A stretch of 60,612 bases of DNA, filler included. It is 8 parts of 8 records of this genome, joined end to end, with 100 filler letters (N's around TTAATTAATTAA, not from the genome) between each part and the next. Parts side by side here need not be neighbours in the genome. Positions count along the whole stretch, not along the records: positions 52,157 to 60,612 come from DRR723986_12798; 7 more parts are not named here. One strand, written 5' to 3'. This document shows, piece by piece, positions 52,157-60,612 of this stretch (its first letter is position 1; each line of letters begins with the position of its first letter). A model generated the notes under the pieces. The model searched no databases, was not told the DNA's origin, and worked only from the letters and a program-made list of their open reading frames with translations. The translations under genes and the position numbers were made by a program.

Positions 52157-52187
52157 CCGGGTCTCGCGATGCTCGCCCGGGGTGACG
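52157..52187. repeat. Possible REP-like palindrome remnant at contig start
   Basis: ccgggtctcgcgatgctcgcccggggtgac imperfect hairpin; single copy in the window. Confidence 0.4.
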
Positions 52188-52374
52188 CAGGGGGGGGAGT
52201 GGGGGCAATTTCTGATGCAGTGCTGAGCCGGCGAGAGCCTAGCTGCCTTAAGTCGTTGATAAGGCGGAGATGTCTGGAGACTTTGAGCAATGCGAACGTG
52301 TTGCTGATTGTTGTCTAACTCGATCATCGATCTCGTCTGTCTCTCCAATTTCACGTCCTTGCAAAATTCCACTC

Positions 52375-52431
52375 TTGACTCATTTGGAACGTTCCAGTAA
52401 TTGTTCCGATCAAGAAATTGGAACGTTCCAA
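52375..52431 (+). promoter_or_regulatory. Sigma70-type promoter with two LacI-type operators TGGAACGTTCCA
   Basis: TTGACT 52375-52380, TAATTG 52398-52403 (17-nt spacer); perfect palindromes at 52385-52396 and 52419-52430. Confidence 0.8.
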
Positions 52432-52457
52432 AATTAAGAGTTATTCGGGAGGAATGG

Positions 52458-53456
52458 ATGCGTTGGGCCCTTATCGGTGCAAGCCGAATTGCGTCGAGTT
52501 ACATGATCGATGCTATCCGCTCGCAGAATGCCGACATCCAGTCCGTCCTGAGTTCGGATGCGGCCCGCGGTGAGGCGTATGCCCGTGAGCATGGTATTGC
52601 AGACAGCTTCACGGATCTGGATGCGCTCCTTGCGGATGACAGTGTCGACGCGGTCTATATTTCCACCACCAACGAAAAGCATCATGCGCAGGCACTGGCC
52701 GCGATCGCTGCCGGAAAGCATGTGCTGTGCGAAAAACCGCTTGCCATGACCCTGGATGAGGCCGGTGAAATGGTTCGCACTGCCGCCGGCAAGGGTGTGG
52801 TCTTTGCGACCAATCATCATTTGCGCAATGCCGGGTCCCATCTGGCCATCCGCGAACTGATCGCTTCCGGCCGCATCGGCAAGGTGTTGAGTGCGCGCGT
52901 CTTCCACGCGGTCAACCTGCCGGACGCGTTGCGCGGCTGGCGCATCAACGATGCGGCTGCCGGTGGCGGCGTCATTCCCGATATCACCGTGCATGACGCG
53001 GACACCATCCGCTTCCACCTGGGTGAAGATCCGCAGGAAGTCGTTGCCAAGGCCGCAGCCTCAGGCCTCGGAGAAGGGGTCGAGGACAGCGTGATGTCCG
53101 TCTGGTCGATGCCTTCGGGTGCCATGGTGCAGTCGCATGAAAGCTTCACGCATAAATTTGCGGGAACCGGCATCGAGTTTCACGGCACGGATGGATCGAT
53201 CTTCGCCCGCAACGTCATGACCCAGGAACCTGTCGGAGCGGTTCGTCTGGTCGATGCGGATGGCGAACACGAGATCTCCTACGAGAAGCATAACCTCTAC
53301 CACCGCGCGCTCGGCCTCTTTGCCGATGCGGTCAACGGCAAGGGGCGCCCTTCTGCCGATGGCGTCGACGGGGTCAAGTCGCTGGCGGTCGCCCTTGCCG
53401 TGCGCGAGGCCGCGCAGTCCGGCAAGGCTGTTGCCGTCAACTATGGAGGCTTCTGA
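52458..53456 (+). CDS. afr: Gfo/Idh/MocA oxidoreductase, 1,5-anhydro-D-fructose reductase-like
   Basis: WALIGAS, VYISTTNE, CEKPLAMTL, TNHHLRN, RVFHAV, DITVHDADT, RNVMTQ match my recollection of Sinorhizobium Afr. Confidence 0.75.
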   Translation: MRWALIGASRIASSYMIDAIRSQNADIQSVLSSDAARGEAYAREHGIADSFTDLDALLADDSVDAVYISTTNEKHHAQALAAIAAGKHVLCEKPLAMTLDEAGEMVRTAAGKGVVFATNHHLRNAGSHLAIRELIASGRIGKVLSARVFHAVNLPDALRGWRINDAAAGGGVIPDITVHDADTIRFHLGEDPQEVVAKAAASGLGEGVEDSVMSVWSMPSGAMVQSHESFTHKFAGTGIEFHGTDGSIFARNVMTQEPVGAVRLVDADGEHEISYEKHNLYHRALGLFADAVNGKGRPSADGVDGVKSLAVALAVREAAQSGKAVAVNYGGF

Positions 53457-53458
53457 AC

Positions 53459-55033
53459 ATGACCTCCAAGATCGTTTCCATGTCGGATGCCGCCGCCCGC
53501 ATTCAGGACGGCGCGGTCATCACCGTTTCCTCTTCCTCCGGTCTCGGGTGCCCGGACAAGATCCTTGAGGCCATTGGCACAAGGTTCGATAGTGAAGGGC
53601 ACCCGAGAAACCTCACGACGCTCCATCCCATTGCCGCCGGCGACATGTACGGCATCAAGGGGATCGACCACCTTGCCAAGGATGGTCTGCTGTCGACCAT
53701 CATCGCAGGGTCCTACCCCTCCGGTCCGTCCAACCTGCCGATGCCGGCGATCTGGCAGATGCTGGTGGAGAACCGGGTAGCTGCCTACAACGTGCCTTCC
53801 GGCATCCTGTTCGACATGCACAGGGATGTTGCGGCCCGCCGCCCGGGCGTCATGACCAAGGTCGGGCTGGACACCTTCGTCGACCCGATCCGTCAGGGCT
53901 GTGCCATGAACGATGTTGCGGCAGACCGGCCCATCGTGTCCCGGCTGGAGCTTGGTGACGAAACCTGGCTGCATTTTCCGAACATCGTGCCGGATGTCGC
54001 GATCATTCGGGCAACGACTGCGGATGAACGCGGCAACCTCACCTACGAACACGAAGGCGCCTATCTCGGCGGTCTGGAGCAGGCGATTGCCGTGCGCAAT
54101 CACGGCGGTCTGGTGATCGCGCAGGTGAAGCGCGTGACGGCCTCGGGCTCGCTGCGTCCGCACGATGTTCGTGTGCCCGGTCATCTGGTCGATCTCATCG
54201 TTGTCGATCCGGACCAGCGCCAGACCACTGAAACCGGTTACGACCCGGCGATCTCCGGCGAGATCATGCGGCCGTGGTCCAGCTTCTCGCTTGCCGAACA
54301 CGGCATCGAGAAAGTTGTCGCCCGCCGTGCAGCAATGGAACTCAAGTCCGGCCAGACGGCAAACCTCGGCTTCGGCATTTCGGCGATGGTGCCACGCGTG
54401 CTGCTGGAAGCCGGTCAGGAACAGGCCGTCACCTGGGCGATCGAGCAAGGCGCGACCGGCGGCATGCCGCTGACGGGTTTTGCCTTCGGCTGCGCTTCCA
54501 ACGCCGATGCTTACATGCCGTCGCCGCAGCAGTTTACCTACTTCCAGGGCGGCGGTTTCGATGTCTCCTTCCTGTCCTTCCTGGAGATCGATCTGGATGG
54601 CAACGTCAATGTCTCCAAGCTCGGCAAGAAGCCCTATCTGACCGCAGGTTGCGGCGGGTTTGTCGACATCACTGCGAATGCGCGCAAGATCGTGTTCTCG
54701 GGTCTTTTCGAGGCGGGTGCCGATCTCGAGTTGACGGAAGACGCGCTGAAGGTGCGGACGCCGGGCAAGTTCACCAAGATGGTGGACGAGGTCGAGCATG
54801 TCACTTTCTCCGGTCGCAGGGCGAAGGAACTCGGCCAGGACGTCATCTATGTGACCGAGCGCTGCGTTATCCACCTGACCGATGCAGGTCTGGTGGCGAC
54901 TGAGATCATGCCGGGCATCGATCCGGCACGTGACATCGTCGATGCTTCCAAGGGCCGGGTGCGGCTCGCAAACGATCTGGTCGAGATGCCGAAAGCGCTT
55001 CTGTCCAGGGGTGCGATGGAGCTGAGCCTGTGA
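53459..55033 (+). CDS. Fused acyl-CoA:acetate/3-ketoacid CoA-transferase (YdiF/Pct family)
   Basis: TKVGLDTFVDP, RATTADERGNL, NLGFGI, IEQG (catalytic Glu), GNVNVS, GGFVDI, YVTERCV. Confidence 0.93.
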   Translation: MTSKIVSMSDAAARIQDGAVITVSSSSGLGCPDKILEAIGTRFDSEGHPRNLTTLHPIAAGDMYGIKGIDHLAKDGLLSTIIAGSYPSGPSNLPMPAIWQMLVENRVAAYNVPSGILFDMHRDVAARRPGVMTKVGLDTFVDPIRQGCAMNDVAADRPIVSRLELGDETWLHFPNIVPDVAIIRATTADERGNLTYEHEGAYLGGLEQAIAVRNHGGLVIAQVKRVTASGSLRPHDVRVPGHLVDLIVVDPDQRQTTETGYDPAISGEIMRPWSSFSLAEHGIEKVVARRAAMELKSGQTANLGFGISAMVPRVLLEAGQEQAVTWAIEQGATGGMPLTGFAFGCASNADAYMPSPQQFTYFQGGGFDVSFLSFLEIDLDGNVNVSKLGKKPYLTAGCGGFVDITANARKIVFSGLFEAGADLELTEDALKVRTPGKFTKMVDEVEHVTFSGRRAKELGQDVIYVTERCVIHLTDAGLVATEIMPGIDPARDIVDASKGRVRLANDLVEMPKALLSRGAMELSL

Positions 55034-55803
55034 GCGCGCTGCATCTCATCCGTCATGGGGCAATCGCCGAGCTGAAGCTGGACAATCCGGCCAAGCTGAA
55101 TGCGTTCACGCTCGACATGCTGAAGGCGGTTGAGCCCTTTTGCGATGAGCTGGAGCGCGATACGTCGATCCTTGCGGTGGTGATTACAGCACAGGAGAGC
55201 AAAGCCTTTTGTGCCGGCGCGGACATTCTCGAATGGTCCGAGCTGTCGCCTTACGACTTTGCCCGCCACTGGGTGCGCGAAGGTCACCGGGTTTTTGACC
55301 GGCTGGCGCGGCTTTCCAAGCCGACGGTGGCTGCACTTGGCGCGCACGCCTTTGGTGGCGGACTGGAGTTTGCAGCGACCGCCGATATCCGCGTGATGGC
55401 GCCAAGGGCGACGCTGGCGCTGCCGGAAGCATCCGTCGGCATCGTACCGGGCTGGTCCGGCACGCAGCGGCTGATCCGTTTGCTGGGTGAGCCGATGGTG
55501 AAGGAAATGGCCCTGTTCGGCCGGCGCATTTCCGCAGAGCGTGCCTATGCGGCGGGTTTTGCAGCCGAGATATCCGACGATCCGGCTTCAGCTGCTTTCG
55601 AGATGGCCGAGAAGCTGGTCGACAAATCGTCCCGGGCCGTGGAAGTGGCCAAATACATGATCCATGCCGCAGTGGGTGAAGATCGCAGTGCCATGATCGA
55701 GGCGCTCGGCTCCGGCATGATCAGTCCGACAGAAGATCGCAACGAGGGCGTTACCGCCTTCCGAGAAAAGCGCAAACCGAATTTCCTGGAAGTAAAGTCA
55801 TGA
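55030..55803 (+). CDS. Enoyl-CoA hydratase/isomerase
   Basis: FCAGADI, GGGLE, LPEASVGIVPGWSGTQRL (both catalytic Glu). Confidence 0.93.
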   Translation: MSALHLIRHGAIAELKLDNPAKLNAFTLDMLKAVEPFCDELERDTSILAVVITAQESKAFCAGADILEWSELSPYDFARHWVREGHRVFDRLARLSKPTVAALGAHAFGGGLEFAATADIRVMAPRATLALPEASVGIVPGWSGTQRLIRLLGEPMVKEMALFGRRISAERAYAAGFAAEISDDPASAAFEMAEKLVDKSSRAVEVAKYMIHAAVGEDRSAMIEALGSGMISPTEDRNEGVTAFREKRKPNFLEVKS

Positions 55804-57320
55804 GTGACCTGAACGTCGTTTCCATCAGCGAAGCAAAACTCCCGGCCGAACCCTTCGTCGCCCGTCACCTGATCGATGGCGACTGGCGTCAGAGTGCTGA
55901 CGGGTCCACCTTCGATCGTGTGTGTCCGTCCCATGGCAGCGTTGTCACGAAGGCGGCGAAGGGCGGTGCCAGTGATGTTGATGCGGCGGTTTCCGCCGCG
56001 CGGCTTGCTTTCGACAAGGGACGCTGGTCGCGCACCAGCGGCAAGGAGCGGGCAACGCTTCTCTTGAAGATCGCCGATCTGATCGACCGGGAACGGGAGC
56101 GGATCGCTTATTGGGAAACGCTGGAATCCGGCAAGCCGATCAGCCAGGCCATGGCGGAAATCGAAGGCGCGTCCGATATCTGGCGCTTTGCCGCTTCGCT
56201 GGCGCGCACCATGCACGGCGAAAGCTACAATTCACTCGGCAGCGACATGCTCGGCCTGGTTCTCAAGGAGCCGGTCGGTGTCGTTTCCATCATAACACCG
56301 TGGAACTTTCCGTTCCTGATCGTGTCGCAAAAACTGCCTTTCGCGCTTGCTGCCGGCTGCACCGCGGTTATCAAACCTTCCGAAATGACCCCGGCAACGA
56401 CGGTCATTCTGGGTGAACTGTGCATCGAAGCCGGTATTCCGGCCGGGGTCGTCAACATCGTCCTTGGCTATGGCGATCCGGTTGGAACGGCGATGACCGC
56501 CGACAAGCGTGTCGACATGGTCACCTTCACCGGCTCGACCGGCGTCGGCAAGGCCATCGTCAAGGCGGCGGCCGGAACCTTGAAGAAGGTCTCGCTGGAA
56601 CTTGGTGGCAAGAACCCGCAGGTCATCTTCCCCGATGCCGACCTCGAAAGCGCCGTCGATGCGGTTGTCTTCGGCGTCTATTTCAATGCAGGCGAATGCT
56701 GCAACTCCGGATCCCGGATCATTGTGCACGAAGACATCGCCGAGGCGTTCCTGAAGGCGACAGTGGACCTGTCGCGGAAGGTGCCCTTCGGCGATCCTCT
56801 GGACCCATCGACCAAGGTCGGCGCGATCATCACGCCCGACCACCAGAACAAAATCAACAAATATGTGCGTGATGCCGCGGACGCCGGAGCGACTGTCCAC
56901 TTGGGCGGGGAAGCCCTGACGGTTCCCGGCCTTGCCGGACAGTTCTACCAGCCGACGATCGTTGCGGATGTGAAAAGCGACATGCCGATCGCCCGCGAAG
57001 AAGTGTTCGGCCCGGTGCTTTCGGTGCTGACTTTCAAGACGCTGGATGAGGCGATCGAACTCGTCAACGATGCCGACTACGGTCTGTCCGCCGGTGTGTG
57101 GAGCGAGAACGTTCACACCTGTCTGGAATTCGCCCGCCGGGCGCATGCGGGCACGGTGTGGACCAACACCTGGATGGATGGTTTTGCGGAACTGCCCTTC
57201 GGCGGCGTGAAGGAAAGCGGCCAGGGCAGGGAACTTGGCAAATACGGACTGGACGAGTTCCTGGAAGCCAAGACCGTGACCATGCGCATCGGCAAGACCC
57301 GGGCACCCTGGGTGGCGTGA
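55800..57320 (+). CDS. NAD(P)-dependent aldehyde dehydrogenase (L-sorbosone dehydrogenase-like)
   Basis: ITPWNFP, FTGSTGVG, LELGGKNP, NAGECCNSG, EEVFGPV. Confidence 0.93.
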   Translation: MSDLNVVSISEAKLPAEPFVARHLIDGDWRQSADGSTFDRVCPSHGSVVTKAAKGGASDVDAAVSAARLAFDKGRWSRTSGKERATLLLKIADLIDRERERIAYWETLESGKPISQAMAEIEGASDIWRFAASLARTMHGESYNSLGSDMLGLVLKEPVGVVSIITPWNFPFLIVSQKLPFALAAGCTAVIKPSEMTPATTVILGELCIEAGIPAGVVNIVLGYGDPVGTAMTADKRVDMVTFTGSTGVGKAIVKAAAGTLKKVSLELGGKNPQVIFPDADLESAVDAVVFGVYFNAGECCNSGSRIIVHEDIAEAFLKATVDLSRKVPFGDPLDPSTKVGAIITPDHQNKINKYVRDAADAGATVHLGGEALTVPGLAGQFYQPTIVADVKSDMPIAREEVFGPVLSVLTFKTLDEAIELVNDADYGLSAGVWSENVHTCLEFARRAHAGTVWTNTWMDGFAELPFGGVKESGQGRELGKYGLDEFLEAKTVTMRIGKTRAPWVA

Positions 57321-57328
57321 TGAGCAGG

Positions 57329-58378
57329 CTAGTCCGAAATCGAGAAGGCGCCTTCGGGCTTCAGGAGGATCTGCATATCCTCCATGGGGGCGCCGTCGAT
57401 CCTCGCGAGAAGAACCTTGGCCATGGCTCTGCCGGTGGCGCGCAGGTCCTCGTCGATGGTCTCGATTCTCGGGCGGAAATGATTGGAAATGGGCGAGGCG
57501 CGCTTGGCGACGACGTCGATTTCCATACCGGGTGTCAGACCGATGTCGTTGAGATAGGCGAGGGTCACCAGGGCCATGACCTCACCAACGCAGACATAGC
57601 CGTCGGGCGCGTTGGGGCCGGCATGGAGGGAGCGCAGGGTCGCTGCGATCTCGTCGGGCTCGCTGTCGAGGTCAACGCGATCGGGAACCGTCAATTGAAC
57701 GCCATGGGAAATGGCTGCCTGGCGGGCGCCGAACCGCAGGTGCTGACCGAAGGTGTAACGTTCGTTCGGCATGACCATGCATATGTGTTTGCGCCCCTTT
57801 GCAACCAGTCGCTCCACGGCCATGCGGGCGAAAACCTCGTTGTCGAAGTCGACGTAAGGGTGGGGCGTGGTGAAGTCCGTCCGGCCATGGGTGGCAAAGG
57901 GGAAGTTATGCTCCAGCAGGTAGCGGACCCGCTCGTCAAAGCATTCGGTACGGGTAAAGACAATGGCGTCTGCCAGCGAGTGCCTGCGGATGTTGCGGAT
58001 TGCCTCAAGCCGGTCGTCGGCAAGGCCGTCTGCTGTAATGGTGATCGCGTAGCCGGTTCCGGCAAGGCCTTCGGACATGCCGCCGAGAAACTCGGATGTG
58101 AAGCTGAGAAACTCGTGCCGGGTGTTCAGGAGAAGGCTGATGACTTTGGTGCGGCCGGTGCGCAGGCGTTGTGCCGCGCGATTGGGAACGTAGCCGAGAC
58201 GGCGGGCAACTTCGGAAACGCGTTCGCGCGTCGTCTCCGCGATCCTGGGGTCTCCGGCAAGGGCGCGGGAAACCGTGGTCACCGCGAAGCCTGCCTCCTG
58301 CGCCACCGTGCGCAAGGTGGGACGCGGCAGCTTTTCGGCGGCGCGACCGCTGTTGGGTTCAAAGGTTTTTCGCGTCAT
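57329..58378 (-). CDS. LacI family regulator
   Basis: TLRTVAQEAGFAVTTVSRAL, LGYVPNRAAQRL. Confidence 0.95.
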   Translation of the reverse strand: MTRKTFEPNSGRAAEKLPRPTLRTVAQEAGFAVTTVSRALAGDPRIAETTRERVSEVARRLGYVPNRAAQRLRTGRTKVISLLLNTRHEFLSFTSEFLGGMSEGLAGTGYAITITADGLADDRLEAIRNIRRHSLADAIVFTRTECFDERVRYLLEHNFPFATHGRTDFTTPHPYVDFDNEVFARMAVERLVAKGRKHICMVMPNERYTFGQHLRFGARQAAISHGVQLTVPDRVDLDSEPDEIAATLRSLHAGPNAPDGYVCVGEVMALVTLAYLNDIGLTPGMEIDVVAKRASPISNHFRPRIETIDEDLRATGRAMAKVLLARIDGAPMEDMQILLKPEGAFSISD

Positions 58379-58439
58379 GCCCGTTCACTTCAGCCGAAGC
58401 CTTCTAGCTCAAAAAGCAAGCCAAGTCTAATCAGGGCTT

Positions 58440-58589
58440 TTGTAACGTTACAACACAATAATGTGCTGCACTGCAGCACCGAAACATCCGCCTTAATAGT
58501 ATGTAAGACAAACGAAACTCTTTGTTTTTCGGGAGTGATGAAAATCGTTGACACCACTCCGGTTTGCAACGTTACAATAAACGTTGCGT
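58440..58589. promoter_or_regulatory. LacI-type operators TTGTAACGTTACAA (58440-58453) and TTGCAACGTTACAA (58564-58577); TTGACA at 58548
   Basis: Perfect and near-perfect CG-centred palindromes between lacI and the divergent ABC operon. Confidence 0.8.
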
Positions 58590-58652
58590 GACACTCGATT
58601 GCCGGGCTCCGGCACTCGAAACGCCTTTAGGCACCTTATGGGAGGAATATCG

Positions 58653-59897
58653 ATGTCTTTGAAATCTCTGAAGCTGGGCCTCGCCGCCCTTGCAATGAGC
58701 ACAAGCCTGGCGTCTGCCGCCGATGTTGAAGTTCTGCACTGGTGGACTTCCGGCGGTGAAGCTGCTGCTCTTAACGTTCTGAAGCAGGACCTGGAAAGCC
58801 AGGGCATCGGCTGGCAGGACATGCCGGTTGCAGGTGGCGGCGGTACCCAGGCCATGACCGTGCTGCGCGCACGCGTTACTTCCGGCAACCCGCCCACCGC
58901 CGTACAGATGCTCGGCTTCGACATCACCGACTGGGCCAAGGAAGGCGCACTTGCCGACCTGAACATCCTGGCCGGCATGGAAGGCTGGGACGACGTGGTT
59001 CCGGAAGCCCTGCAGAAATTCTCCAAGTATGACGGCAAGTGGGTCTCCGCTCCGGTGAACGTCCACTCCACCAACTGGGTCTGGGCGAACAAGGCCATCC
59101 TCGACGAGCTTGGTATCGAGCCGCCGCAGAACTGGGACGAATTCGTTGCCGCTCTGGAAAAGGTCAAGGCATCCGGCAAGACCGCGATCGCGCACGGCGG
59201 TCAGGCCTGGCAGGACGCGACCATCTTCGACGCTGTCGTGATGGCGACCGGTGGACCCGAGTTCTACCAGAAGGCCTTCATCGACCTGGACGAGGAAGCG
59301 CTCGGCTCCGACACCATGAAGGAATCGTTCGACCGCATGGCCGTGATCCGCTCCTATGTGGATGACAACTTCTCCGGCCGTGACTGGAACCTTGCGACCG
59401 CCATGGTCATCAATGGCGATGCAGCCTTCCAGATGATGGGCGACTGGGCGAAGGGTGAATTCCTGAATGCCGGCAAGAAGCCGGATGAAGACTTCCTCTG
59501 CTTCCGCTTCCCGGGCACCCAGGACCAGGTGACCTTCAACGCCGACCAGTTCGCGATGTTCGCGCAGGGTCCGGAAGTCGGCAAGGAGCAGGCTGCCCTG
59601 GCAACCGCTATCCTGTCACCGAGCTTCCAGTCCGCGTTCAACGTCGTCAAAGGCTCCGTTCCGGCCCGGACCGACGTGCCGAACGATGACTTTGACGCCT
59701 GCGGCAAAAAGGGCATGGTGGATCTGAAAAAGGCTGCCGACAGCGGCAACCTCTACGGCTCCATGGCGCATGGACACGCCAACCCGGCTGCCGTCAAGAA
59801 CGCCATGTATGACGTGATCACGGCGCATTTCAACGGGGAATACGACAGCGAAACCGCTGTTGCAGAACTCGTTACCGCCGTTCAGATCAACAAGTAA
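58653..59897 (+). CDS. Sugar ABC transporter substrate-binding protein (glucose/cellobiose type)
   Basis: Signal peptide; [34 protein letters not shown]. Confidence 0.93.
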   Translation: MSLKSLKLGLAALAMSTSLASAADVEVLHWWTSGGEAAALNVLKQDLESQGIGWQDMPVAGGGGTQAMTVLRARVTSGNPPTAVQMLGFDITDWAKEGALADLNILAGMEGWDDVVPEALQKFSKYDGKWVSAPVNVHSTNWVWANKAILDELGIEPPQNWDEFVAALEKVKASGKTAIAHGGQAWQDATIFDAVVMATGGPEFYQKAFIDLDEEALGSDTMKESFDRMAVIRSYVDDNFSGRDWNLATAMVINGDAAFQMMGDWAKGEFLNAGKKPDEDFLCFRFPGTQDQVTFNADQFAMFAQGPEVGKEQAALATAILSPSFQSAFNVVKGSVPARTDVPNDDFDACGKKGMVDLKKAADSGNLYGSMAHGHANPAAVKNAMYDVITAHFNGEYDSETAVAELVTAVQINK

Positions 59898-60061
59898 CGA
59901 CCGCGCGGAGAGCGGTGATCCCTCACCGCTCTCCCACCGGTTCGGCGGACCGTCTCGCGGTTGCAAGCGACCGCCTGGAGCCGGCCGGAACCAAAGTCTC
60001 AGAGCTGCCGCGCGCGTTCGCTGGAACGCCGGCAAAAGTGCTCTAGGTCGGGGAACTCAAG

Positions 60062-60610
60062 ATGTCTCTCTCTGAAACGGCGAACCCGCGCGGTTCCGTT
60101 GTTGACAGACTGCGTGATGCTTTGCCCAAACTCGTGCTCAGCCCGACGATCGCCATCGTGGCAATCTTCGTTTACGGCTTCATCGCCTTCACGCTTTACC
60201 TGTCTTTCACGGACAGCCGTATTCTGCCCACCTTCGGCTGGGTCGGCTGGCAGAATTATGAAAACCTCTTCAAGATCCGTGCGTGGGATACGGCCGTTTG
60301 GAACCTCGTGGTTTTCGGCGTTCTCTACATCACCATCTGCTGCGTCCTGGGTCTGCTGCTGGCGATCCTTCTCGATCAGAAGATCCGCGCAGAAGGCTTC
60401 ATCCGCACGATCTACCTCTATCCGATGGCGCTCAGCTTCATCGTGACCGGAATTGCCTGGAAATGGTTCCTCGACCCGGGCATCGGTATCGAGGCCGTCG
60501 TGCGCGGCTGGGGCTGGGAAACCTTTACCTTCAACTGGATCAAGGATCGGGATTTCGCGATCTATACCATCGTGATCGCTGCGGTCTGGCAGACCTCGGG
60601 CTTCGTCATG
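60062..60610 (+). CDS. Sugar ABC transporter permease, partial (not in ORF track)
   Basis: MSLSETANPRG...LLLAILLDQKIRAEGFIRTIYLYPMALSFIVTG...AAVWQTSGFVM. Confidence 0.93.
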   Translation, partial: MSLSETANPRGSVVDRLRDALPKLVLSPTIAIVAIFVYGFIAFTLYLSFTDSRILPTFGWVGWQNYENLFKIRAWDTAVWNLVVFGVLYITICCVLGLLLAILLDQKIRAEGFIRTIYLYPMALSFIVTGIAWKWFLDPGIGIEAVVRGWGWETFTFNWIKDRDFAIYTIVIAAVWQTSGFVM

Positions 60611-60612
60611 GC

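Overview
The window is not one locus. It is eight unrelated contigs joined by artificial 100-nt linkers (N44-TTAATTAATTAA-N44). Contig 1 (1-7347) is very GC-rich and holds one uninterrupted minus-strand frame of at least 2448 codons that the ORF track misses. It encodes a eukaryote-like surface protein with plant-type LRR, FN3, ConA-like and LamG domains. Contigs 2, 3, 5, 6 and 7 look like Rhodobacteraceae chromosomal pieces (purD, pepN, hom, glpX, pyrD, dapB, rbfA, truB, rpsO, pmbA, moaB, an RND pump, a Hint-domain protein). Contig 4 is a RepA-type plasmid replicon with iterons, a type Ib par system and a cargo of divergent MurA paralog, GT2 and Wzy-like protein. Contig 8 (alphaproteobacterial) carries a LacI-operator-controlled operon of an Afr-like oxidoreductase, CoA-transferase, crotonase and ALDH, followed by a LacI gene and a sugar ABC transporter. 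Best leads: (i) a stand-alone DnaE2 OB-fold gene with a perfect alphaproteobacterial SOS box at its start; (ii) the plasmid MurA-paralog glycan cluster; (iii) the CoA-dependent sugar-catabolism operon; (iv) an M24 enzyme lacking its metal ligands, coupled to a C-N hydrolase; (v) the giant hidden ORF. All family calls come from motif recognition by eye; no database search was run.
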